The notes under the pieces are model-generated. The model made no database searches and was not told where the DNA came from. It worked only from the letters and a program-made list of their open reading frames with translations. A stretch of DNA of 64,000 bases. It comes from Podarcis bocagei. Lineage: Eukaryota. Shown piece after piece: positions 27,901 through 39,900 of the stretch (its first letter is position 1; each line of letters begins with the position of its first letter). A program made the translations under genes and the position numbers. The stretch lies in NCBI GenBank assembly GCA_964188305.1, contig OZ076885.1. One strand, given 5' to 3'.

Positions 27901-30900
27901 GGCAGATACACAGATGTAGACACTGTCTGGCAAAGCAAAAGAGCAAGCACAGTGCATTTACACACAGACACACACTCCCATTTGCCTGACAGTGTCCCCT
28001 TCTTCCCAAGCCAACCAGTCCAACACTGAAGCCAGGCAGAACCCATTATAGGAAGTGTCAGACTCTTCTTCCTATCTAGGTAAAACATGCCACCTGGGAA
28101 CATTCTGCAGATCCAGTGATCCTAGGAACAGACCCTGCAAGTCCTGTTCACTTAGGACCTGAAAAAAGCTCTGCCTCCATTTCCCTAAAAGGTGATGCAA
28201 TAGGCCAATCAGAGCGATTTGCATTCAGAACAAGGAGGCAGCAAGAGAGGCTGATTAAAGTGGAAAGGGCACCTTTTAAATGGGTATAGGGGAAAGAACC
28301 AAAAGTCCCGCCAGACTGAGGTGAGCCAATACTAGCATATGCCCTCAGCTATCAATGACAGAGAAAAATACAGTGCTGGTTCCTTCCAGCCTGCTCCAGT
28401 TCCTCCCTACACAAATCCCACTCAGGCCCATATTAGGCATTATGGGGTCAGGTAACAGAGGCTGAGAAGGGAGCCTCTCCTTTTACTAGATGTAACCAGC
28501 ATGGGGATAGCATCCCATTTAGGCTCACAGGCACTGTAAAGAGATGCCCATGTGGACAGGAGCTGGTTGCTCCAGTGCCAGTCCTACCATTAAGCAAAGC
28601 GAGGCAGCTACGTCAGGCAGGAAATGCTGGGGTGGCAACAGCCCCACTACAACCATTCTGCCCGAGTCCTATCAACTAGCCTGCTCTGCACCCTGTAAAG
28701 CAACCTGCAGCCCTCAGGTACAGTGGAGGATGCTGCCCCGGCATCAGTACTGAAGAAGTAATTTTACTGTAAGTGGTCAGATTCTGTACATGGAATGGGG
28801 AGGCACATCCTGCCTTTTGTCTCAGGCAGCAAAATGCCTGGGGTTGCTCCTTCACCTGGTGGTAGTGACAATGCCTGGCACATTGCCCCATCTGCACTAT
28901 ACATTTAAAGCAGTATCATAACACTTAAGCCTTAGCTTCCCTAAATAAAATCCCGGGAAGTGTCATTTATTAAGGGTGCTCAGAGTTGTTACCTCTATTC
29001 CCTTCACAAAGCAACAGTTCCCAGAGTGGCTTAACAATTGAGCCCTCTTCCTGGCAAACTCTGGGAATAGTAGCTCTCTTGAGGAGAGTAAGAGTTTCCT
29101 AATACCTCGCAGCAACCTTGACAAACTACAGTTCCCAGGATACTCTGAGGGAAGCCATGGCTGTTTAAAGTGTTTTGAATGTATAATGCAGATGGGCCCT
29201 AGTTTCTGCTGGAAATGAACTGGAAAGGTGGCAGACCACCACTGGGACCCAGTTCTGGGTACCACAGGGTGGGGGGAAAGGCAGAACCAAGCCAAGAAGA
29301 AAAAAGCATAGTAGGATTGAGGGGTCAGGGAGGAGTATACTGAGAGCTGGCGGTAAAACTTGCTGCTGCTCATTGCCCCAATGATTAGCGTGGAAGCCAC
29401 TGGCAGAGACAGAGGCTGTCTTTATGGGAATGTGGGAGCAGTACATTGGTATACACAGCCATCAGGCCCCCTCAGTGGGCTATCTCTCTCGTCTCTTTCC
29501 TTTCTGAGCAGAGGCTCACGGTTCCTTTCTCCAAAATTCCACAGCAGCTGCCACTGTTTCAGCTCAAGGTGGGACGGGGGAGGATTGGGAGAACACAGGC
29601 AGTTGGTGCTCGGTTGCTAAGCAACAGCTGAATGCTCTTCTTCCCATCTGGAACAGACCTCCAAAGGGTCTCAAGGCAGTTGCGCTTGCCATGTTCAGAA
29701 GAAGACAGCTACCTATGGAGGGCTCCCCAGGAGAACAAGCCTAGCCTAGTGCAGGGACAGTCCAACTTTTCCTACCTACTTCAATACGGAACCTGCGGGC
29801 CGCACGCTGCCTTGTTGTACCAGGGTGGGGGAGAGCGAGAGGCCAAAATTTGACACCTCACCCCGCAACCTCATGCTGCCTGGGCTTTGGGAAGGAGGCG
29901 CAAGGCTTTGGGCAGTCTCCTAAGGCCCTTCCAGCTTCTTCTCAGAGCTGAGAAAGTGCTAACTTTCTGACCCTGTCAGAGCCCTCACACTTCCTTCCCA
30001 AAGCCCAGTGCAAGGGCTGGAAGGGTGAGAGGGTGTCAAATGTTGCTGAGGATTGCCAAAAAACGGCCTTGTGTTGGACTGCCCTAGTGGCTAGTGGCTC
30101 AGAGCATGCCCACAGAGCTGAAGAGTAGTGAAGTGGGTGGCCCACTTAGCCCTTTCCTCTTTGTTTATTCACACACACTGTCACCACCCACAGCTTTCCC
30201 ACCCATGGGTGGGTGAAATTTTGAGTGTACAAATAAATGGAATGGAGAAAAATGAAGAAGCATCCCCTTCCTGTTGCTGTTCTTACTAGGGTGCTTTCAG
30301 ATGACTGGTGCTAATTAGCATTCACCCTCATTTGTTTACAGGAAGATTAGAGGATGTTGGCTATTTAATGAACATTCATCCTGATTTGTTTGTGGGAGGT
30401 TAAATGATGTTGCATCATTTAAGCAAGTGTTACCCTATACTACCCAGTGTGTTTTCCCATCACTTTCCTTATTGGAAAGAGTCCTATCTTTGGGGGGTGT
30501 AGAGACCTCCCAACCAACTATAATTGTGCAACCTGAATTTCCCAGTATGTGACTGAATCCCACCCAAAAATAGAATGGGAGCACTCCTAATCCCAGCATC
30601 AAAGGCTGATCTCATTCCCAGCATCATATGCATCCACTATCCCAAAACGAAGCATCTCATCTAGCTTGGCCCCATTCCCTCCTTCCAGGGGTCCCCAGTT
30701 CTAAGGAGGCAAGTAAAATTCCCAGGATTCTCTAATGAAAGTCATGAATAGTGACAGTCCAAAACATTTTGGTGCCTGAGGCAGGAAATCCAAATCTATT
30801 GATTAATTAGTTGCTTTTTAACATTACTTAATAGCTGCTACCAGAGGTGGCACACCTCACCCTATCCATGCCACTTAAAATGAAAGAAAAACTAATATAA

Positions 30901-33900
30901 GCTTGTAGCATAGAATAATGGTTTAGCTTACTGTTGATTTTAATTAGTTTTAAATGTTTTCTAAGTACCTGTTTAACTGCCTTTTATTTATACTTTTAAT
31001 GTTTCTTTTTTTTTTTTGTCAAACAGCTTTGTGGTTTTATTACTATAAAGCTGTATGTAAGTTTTGCTAAATAAAATAATAAATAGCCAAGTCCCCAGTT
31101 CTAATCTGCCTTTTACTACACTGATCTGGAGGCCCTCAGCAAGCCACTATCTTCTTAACCTCAAGCCCACCTTGGCAACACGGGGATAATATAACTACCA
31201 TACAAGTCTGCTGTAAGGATTTCGGAAATGCTTTCAACATTCAAAGAGTGTTAAAGATATCCTAAGTAGTATTTATGTTCAGGAACTCATGATACCTTCT
31301 TGCTTTCAGCTGAACCTCTCTCCTCTCCTTGCCCCATTTACCATAGTAGTCCACAGAAACCTGATTGCTTGTGCCTCTTGATAATCTGCTGTTAGGCTGA
31401 AGTTCTAAACTGGAGCTCTAAATTTCTTAGACTCATGATGAAAAAAGGGCAAAATTAAGTCAAGGGCTGTCATGAATTCTAGGGGCAGGAGACAGAGTTA
31501 CAATACAACCAGAAACAAGCAGCCATGGAGCCACAGGCTACTTGTGGGCAGAGGATTCATATAGGTCACAGGATGTTTGGGGGGGGGGGTCAGAAGCATG
31601 CTTAGATGAGTGAGTAAACCAAGGAAATAGGCATGCAAGCAGGATATTCTGGGGACAGCCCATGGCAAGCAAGCATTAATCTTCATGCTCTGTGGCTTCC
31701 AAAGGTACCTTGTACATCAAGCTTGGCCTCACACTGCTTGGTGCCATACTCATTGATGGCCTTGCAGGCATAATAGCCAGCATCAGTGCACTCCACCATG
31801 CGGATATGTAGGCAGAAAGATCCATCGTCCTCCTCCACAGCAGAAATGCGCCGCCCATACTTTATTGGATGCCTGTTCTTCAACCTAGAGGACAGAGGAG
31901 AGGGTCTGAGAGCCTGCAGTGCTTGCAACTCCATCCAACTTCACAAAATGCTTCTTCTGTCATCTCATCTCACCATCCCTCCTCCAAAGCAGCATGCCTC
32001 AGGAAGAGGCTACATACTTCATTCTGCATTGGCCTTCCCCCAACCTTGTTGCTACTACAAACATAGCTTTTGGTAGAATATAGGCAAGGCAGTTCAAGCC
32101 ATAAGATCAGAGATCCCCCTTTTTTGCCATTACATCCAGGCCTATCAGTCTCAGGTCTGATTCTTGATACATTCTGGAAGGCCGAGGACCTGCTTTCTTT
32201 TTGCCATCCCACCACTTACATACAAAACAAACCATTCTCAGGTTGGATGGGTCTTGTGCCATTTGGAAAACAGCCTTGTCTGTTTAATATTTTGCCAGTC
32301 TACATATCACACAGTTGTTAGTTGTGGAGTATTGAAGGCCAGATAGGAAAAAATAAAATAAACCCAACATTCTTCTTGATGTACGCAAGTTCCCTTACTG
32401 GTTGCCTGAGAGAGATTCTTATTTTGCAAAACTGGGAAAGCTTCGCCACCCATATCATCCCAGGACAACATGGCTACTTGTGAAGTTATGCTGTATCATA
32501 AAACCCACTCACCAGTGCACAATGGGCTTTGGCTCTCCCTGTACCCGAATGCGCAGGACCACATCCTGCCCCTCCAGTACTTCCTGATCACTCAGTGTCA
32601 CCTGCAAGAGAGAGTGTCAGGATCATGCCAACTGCAAAGGGAGATGGGAAGCAAGTTCTCTTTAAGGCAGGGGGCAGGGATAAGCAGAGTGAGGGCAAGC
32701 TCTGCTAGGTGCAATACCTTCAGTAGAGTAAAAGCTGGAATTTACTTTTTGCCTCAAATGTCTGAGCATGTCAAAAGCCCAGGGCCCCCAACCCCAATCC
32801 AAGGGAGTGCCGGTTTATAACCTGAATCCTCATTCAAGTATGCAAAAGCCATAGGTTACTTTCCACTGTCATGCCCTCCTGCGCTAGTCTCACCACCTGC
32901 TCACCTCAAAGGATGGGGCTGCCTTGAAGTTGATGCCCACATGCACCGGGGGTGGGCCAATCTCAGATCGGGGTTGCACTTTCATGACAGGGTGGTGCCG
33001 CGGGGTGCCAGACTCAGGGAACTCTTCCAAGGGGCTCAGGTACTCTTCATCTGATGTGACAGGGCTGCTGAGCTCGTGATGGGGTGCCAATCGGCTGTGG
33101 GACTCTGCGGGAGCTAGACAGGCAGAAGAGGGTTAGGGCATGGCTTGTGCACAGCACATTGAAGCAGCAAAGCTCTCCAGCTCAAGGGGAAAAGCAGCAC
33201 CAGGACATAGCCGCCCACCTAGCAGCCAGGGCTCATATACAGGGATTTTAGTTGACGGTTTAGCCACAAGCACAAAGTAAATGATATAATCTAGCTTTCT
33301 ACATGATAGCCCAGTGCACCTACAGTGTATTCTAAGGGATGAGGTTTCCATTTGCTTTTGCTTTTTAAAAAAATAGCACATACAAAAAGTAATAACACAA
33401 ATTGACCATTGGAATACATTGGTTCCTTCAAAATAGTAATAGAAATCCATTGCAGCAGGAAATGTTTGGTTGCTTATGCTATCTTTAGATACTCTTACTG
33501 GGGCATTATGGCTACCAGCTTCCTAGCAGGCTCCATCCCACTCTGCTGATGTGGGATGTAACACATTGTCAACTCTTCATACATGATTTTCATCATTCAA
33601 ACATTACTAGAGCAGCCCCAGATGGAAACTTGGGGAAGTGGCAAGCATATAATGTAACAGTGGCCCTGGCCCTGAAACAAAAACACAGACCCTAAGGGTG
33701 TGCGATGGTTAGAGTGTTTTCATTCTTTGCTTTCCCCTGTTCCTTCTTATGTATGCAAGTTTCCAGTTTCCTGCCCCTACCTAAGCCAACTAACACCCCA
33801 TTAGTTCTTTCCATCCTTCCTCTTGACTGTTCCACTATGCCCTATTTTGCAATTAGGACACTGCACTTAGCCTAGCATGAACATTGTTATCTCAAACAGA

Positions 33901-36900
33901 CCTTTGCTGCTTCTGTGGAATGGAGCCTAGAGGCTGATTTAGAACAGAACCACACAATCAGAAACATCACATGGTATACAGCCCTCCTAGGCCCGTATCA
34001 TTCAAAATGCAGTTGAAGGATCACATGTTTGAATGCTACCCGTTTAATTAAATTAGCTATCTTTGTAAGTAGAAAAGTAAGAGAGACTAAGTCAGAACCC
34101 TCCTTCTTCCTGACATACTTTCCACAGACATGGAGGTTGTTTTGTTTTTTCTTTTAATGACAAACATGTGAACTTCCCTCCTCCTGCATTCTGAAGAGGC
34201 AGGACTGTACCATGTGACATTTCTGAATTATGTTTGTCTTCATAACTGAGATGGTAAAATCCTTCTGCAAGGATTTTATCAATTCAGTTTTCTATGGAGA
34301 GGCTTGTATCCAAACTCACCCCCATATGACAACTATCAGTTCAAGAAAGAATGTTAGTTTTCAGATATTCAGCAGCCATGAAGCTCACCTTGGGCAAGTC
34401 ATTATCTCTCAAGTCTTACCTACCCCAAAGGGTCATTGTGAGGACAAAACAAAATAAAATTGGGGCTGAGGGGAGACCATTATGTTTTCCTGAAATCCTT
34501 GGAGGAGGAGTGAGATTAAAGTGTATTAACAAATAAATAAACGTAGTAATGACCTACAATTCTTTGACTAATTTTCATGCATTTGTGTATAATGGGGCCC
34601 TTTCAGAGAAACAGCTATTTGTGGAAATCTGTTGTGGCAAAGTCATGAGGTGAAAAGTTTGGCACCTCAAATATGCATATATGAATCTGCACAAACAACA
34701 TCTCTATTAGTGTGTAATTTGCATAGTGCATTGTTTGGAATAAATAAATGTAAATAATTTGATCATCTGGGTTGTGAAACTCTTCTTGCAGTTAGGCTCT
34801 AGTCTATATTCAATCCTCTTACCCAGAAAGAGGCAGAGTGAAGAAACAGAAACAACAAGTCATTTTCTCAGTACTGCTTTAGAAGATATCAAATCCAACA
34901 CTGCCTGTAACCCTGCCAATTCCCACGGGCATACAGGGAAGCCCACTGCTGATATATATCTATGCCATCTCCATCTGGTAAAAAGAAAGACTTTAAACAG
35001 TCATGAATCAGGCAACTCCAATCATGGGCGCCAGTACTCTTTTTCTTGTTGGCAGCATCGTTCCTGGCTTGCTCTCCCTGAAAGGGGCCAAGGTGACATT
35101 AGTAGCTGGGACAACTACAACTTGCAGTGTATGCATTGTGAGAAGAGCAGGCCTTGTTGTGGGGCCAGTTAGTGGAAATAGTCTTGTGGCAATTTCTGTG
35201 GCAATGCTGCCCTTCAAGCTGAGTAAGAATGGGTGGGGTGTTTACAAGAAAATCTACAGAGACAGGATAGGTTTCTTAGCCCTTTGAACAAAATAGGAGA
35301 AAGAAGCAGAGGTGTGTTCGATCCAGACAAAAGGGTGAGTCTTTCAAAGCCTTTCATCATGCTCTGCTGCAGGCAGAGAAAGATTATCTTGTGTGGATGG
35401 GAATGGCCTGCCTTGTAGTTTCTTGCTTCCCCCTATCCCCAAAGACAAGGTAAAACACCTTAGTATAAGAGTCTCTCTCACCTCCAAGTTTCTGGACAAC
35501 AAGGTAAGAGGCCTAGAGAGAATTTGAGGCTGGCTTTCCCTTCTGCAGCCCCATTGCTTTGGGAGGTTATAACCCAATAAATTCTCAGCCCCCAGAGGGG
35601 CACCCAAAGCAGAATCCCATTTCTTCCTACCTATAGGGCAGATGTGGTGAAGTTGGAGGGTCCCTTCACACCATTCAGTTGTACAAACAAAGGGTTAATG
35701 GGAGCAAGAGACACTCTCCCTTCTCCGCTTCACCCATCTCTGTTCCTCTCAAAACGCCCACCTAGGAGTTGAAAAGTTGCGTTCCCTCTCCCTGCCGAGT
35801 TCCCAGTTCCAAACCCACTAAAGCTGCAATCCTATACACACTTACCTGGGTTTAAGTTCCATTGAACGCAGCGGGACTTACTTCTGAGTAAACATGCATA
35901 GGATTGCAGCGCGAGAACGCAGGGAACAAACGGCGCGCCCCTCCCGAGCCTGCAATCGGCGCGGCAAAGAGGATCCTACAGCCATTTCCCGAGGATGATC
36001 TCTCTCTCTCTCAATCCCCGATTCTTTTCAAACACAGCGTCCGACACGGAGGAGATGAGTGGGCAAACGGATCCTCAACGGAGGCGCCATAGGCCAGGCA
36101 GAATCCAGGAGCCTCTTCGGAACCGCCTTCCCTTGAGCCACAGCCGAGGAAGGCATCTGCGCTCCAGACAGACGCCGACCCCAGCCCCTCCAGGGCTCAC
36201 ATTTCAGATCAACAGACGGGCGACCTCATTTGCATCCTTTCGGATAATTCATTTGCACGTGCCCAGGAACGCTTGCAAACTGCAGGCGCCGCTGACACGG
36301 GTTTCCCTGCGGAGTTTGTGGTCCGGAACACGGATCAGGAATCGGAGTCGGTCCGCCAGCCAGCTCGACCTCCCCCGCCGCCACCTCTTGGGGTTGGTGC
36401 TGAGAGCCCAGCAGTCCAGGCCGTCTCTCCCTTCTTCCCCGCATTCAAGACTGCTGCTGGCTGTTTGTCAGCCAGGCTGGCCTAAACCAAGCCTTGTAGG
36501 GTAAAGGCAGCCTCATCTCTCTTTCAGCAGTAGCAGCGGCAGCAGCCTGAGGCACCACAAGGTTGACAGAAAAAGACCTAGCCTAGGATGCTAACTAAGC
36601 CCCAAGGCACGAAACTGCTTCTCCCCAAACTTGGCCTGGGAAGGAATATGACTCTACAACCCTCCCTTGGCCTTCAGGGATTCAGCTGGTCCTCTCTGGG
36701 CTGCCTCCACTGCGTTCATCACACACTTATAATAATATAATAATAATTTATTATTTGTACCCCACCCATCTGGCTGGCTTTCCCCGGCCACTTACCTGGC
36801 CGCACAGTCAAGATGGCACTGCAGCAGGCCTCGCCCACTTCATTGGTGGCACAAACTGTGTAGAGGCCGGCATCAGCCGCACGGGCACTCCTGACCAGCA

Positions 36901-39900
36901 GGGTGTGGCGTTCCCCCTCTGCTTTGATAGGGCGAGTGGTGCTGCTCCGAAAGGGGACGCCATCCTTTCGCCATGACACTGTGGGGAAGGGGCAAGTGGG
37001 TAGGAGATCAGAGCACGTGGGGACACTTCTGTACATACAGCACCTCCCCCCATACATGGCACTTCCCACTTTATCCACTGACTGCTGGAACGGTGTCCTT
37101 TTCAGAGAGGAGGGATGAGGAACCTTTTGCAACCTGAGAGCCACATTCCCTTCTGAGCAACCTTCCAGAGGCCACATGGCAGTGGTGGGCAGGGCCACAG
37201 CCAAACAAATGCATCTCCCCCACTTTGTACAGTAGGCTAGTTTCTACACACATTCACATTCCCCTCTCTGGCCTCCATCCAGATAAGAAGCATGATCAGA
37301 ATTCAAGGACACATTTCAGCCAGGCAAAAACACTTGAAGAGGGTATGCAGCAGGGCCACTGAGGGTAATGGCCTGGGATGGTGGTTATTTCCCCTGGGTT
37401 ATTTCCCAGCCATAATACAGTGGTGCCCCGCAAGACGAATGCCTCGCAAGACGGAAAACCCGCTAGACGAAAGGGTTTTCCGTTTTGGAGGTGCTTCGCA
37501 AAACGAATCTCCTATGGGCTTGCTTCGCAAAACGAAAATGTCTTGCGAGTTCCTGCAGGTTTTTTCCCCTCCCCCCTTTTTCTAAGCTGCTAAGCCGCTT
37601 ATCAGCTGATCCGATAAGCCGCTAAAAGCCGCTAATAGCGCTAATCCGTCAATGGGCTTGCTTTGCAAGACGAAAAAACCGCTAGACGAAGAGACTCACA
37701 GAACGGATTCTTTTCGTCTTGCGAGGCACCACTGTACAGGACTACAGTTTGGCAGCACCACAGGTGTTGCTGCTGGAAAACTGCATCACAGTAAAAGTTA
37801 TCACCTTTTGAAATAGAACATTCTGGTGCAGGGGTAAGGGTTGAATTATTTGCATGAAAGCAGAGCTAGGCGAAGGGAGGGAAAGTCTAGCAGGATTGTT
37901 GCCTGCCTATCAAAGGATTGCAGCTAAAAATAAAATAGCATTGCCCTTTGTTTTTCTTGCAACAAAAGCAAAAAACCTGGTTAGGCCATTCCCCCCCCCC
38001 CCCCATTCTAGTCAATTGCAACATTACTTGCCAGTGACATTACTTGGTACTATTGGGCAGCTGGAATTGCAACCATTTCTCTCCCCCCGCCTTGTGTTTT
38101 TCCTCCTAGTGTTGCCACCAGGACCACATGGCTCTGGACCATATTCAAAGCAGAATCCTTACTGATGTGAGCTAGCCAACATACACAAAACCAAATAAAA
38201 CCAATTATCCCTAGAGATCTGTGGAAATGAAGACACCTGTGTGATCCAAGAGACAACAGCAAAGGTAGAGTAGATGGCCCCCATCCATCTCCTGGCCCCT
38301 CTCACACTGACATGCACTGGGCACCCCACAGGTTTGCCTATGCATGCTCATCATCACTCATCCCACACTCTTCCTGGTACTCCATGCACTTGCCTTCTGG
38401 GGAAGGGTTGCCTGTGATGATGCATTTGAACAGCACTTCTGTTCCAGCTACGACTGTTACATCCTGGATAGGGATCTCAAAGATGGGGCGTTCCAGTGGG
38501 TCCTCACCCGCCGAGATGTAGGAATCATCAGAAGATTCTGTGCAGAGAGAGGGAGAAAGAGCAGCTGCAAAAGAGGTGGTGTGGAGGAGGGGAAAAGGTC
38601 CACAACTTGCATGGATATAAAACTTTGCACTGCCTTCTGGGAAGGAATGTGTTTAAATCTTAGCTCTCTTTTTCACATGCACTGGTTCTGTTATGCCCCG
38701 AGAGAGTGAGAGCCCTTTTATGTGCTGATGATTACAGTTTGCTCAAAATCCTTAATCCCCCCAAGTCTCTCTCTAGCACAGTGTGGATTCTTGATCTATT
38801 GCTACCTAGCTGAGTCCAAAGGATTAGAGCAGCCTCCTGAGTGGCACAGTTCACTCTGCCTTGACGCAGATAGCCACCTTCACAGGTCTCTAAGAATAAC
38901 TAAAGAGGATGAGCTTCATTTCACTTGTTTAGAGAGGGGGGGAATTTAGAACCCTCATAAAACTACTGTTACAGCTCAATGCATTCAAAGCTGACACTAG
39001 TCATAAATGTGTCTAAATTTATGATCACTTATTGAGTCAGGCTACCTGGGAAGGAAGTTGGAGGACTAATTTTTCTGTCAGTAATTTGGTAGACTCAGTA
39101 CAGCAGCCCCTTCGTATATACACTACTTCTGTGCATTCAAGATGTGTGCATTTCTCAGCCTCACTTCCAGTCTGTAAAATGGGGATACTAAGGCCAGCCT
39201 ACTTACCTTACAAGGCAGTAGCAAGAATGCATGAGGAATGTACCTAAATGCTAAGCAAATGAACAAAACCTGCACTAAAGAGCACGTATTTCCATTCTTG
39301 ACTCAGAAGTACTGAAAATCCTGTCACAAAACCTGTGTTAGCCATTAGGAGACTACAGTTCTCTGTAACATACACATAACCACAGTGAACTGTGAACTAA
39401 TTATCTGTTGTACATGTTGCACCATGTCTTGTATCTGCCAGCTACTTAAAGGCCCTGATGAAGTTGCCACACTCACTCGGCCGCCCCAGAAACTGGATCT
39501 CAAGTTCATGCTCCTCTTTCCAACTTCCATTGATCAGAGGCTGTCCCTTTGTTTTATGGAAAGGAACAAAAATGACAGAGGGCCAAGGATAGTGAGGAGG
39601 GGGCTTATCCACACTTAGCTTTTGCCCCACTTTTTCCAGGCACAGACCTGAGCTTTAAAGCTCCATGTCCAGCCATTTGTTTGTATTTGCTGCAGAGCTT
39701 TCCCTGCAAAAACCTGCTCTTCCCCACACCCTATGCCACGTGTGGAAACCCTTTGGTCCTCCAGATGTTTCTGTACTACAATTCCCATCTTCCCCATACT
39801 TGCCGGGGCTGATGGGAGTTGTAGTTCAGCAACATCTGGAGGTCTGAAGGATCCCCACTCCTGCCCTATGCTAAGCTTATGCACCAATGACTCTTCCAGG

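Noticed and set aside
37924-37933. MEF2-like site CTAAAAATAA
   Set aside because: A single AT-rich motif hit is not distinguishable from background without conservation data.
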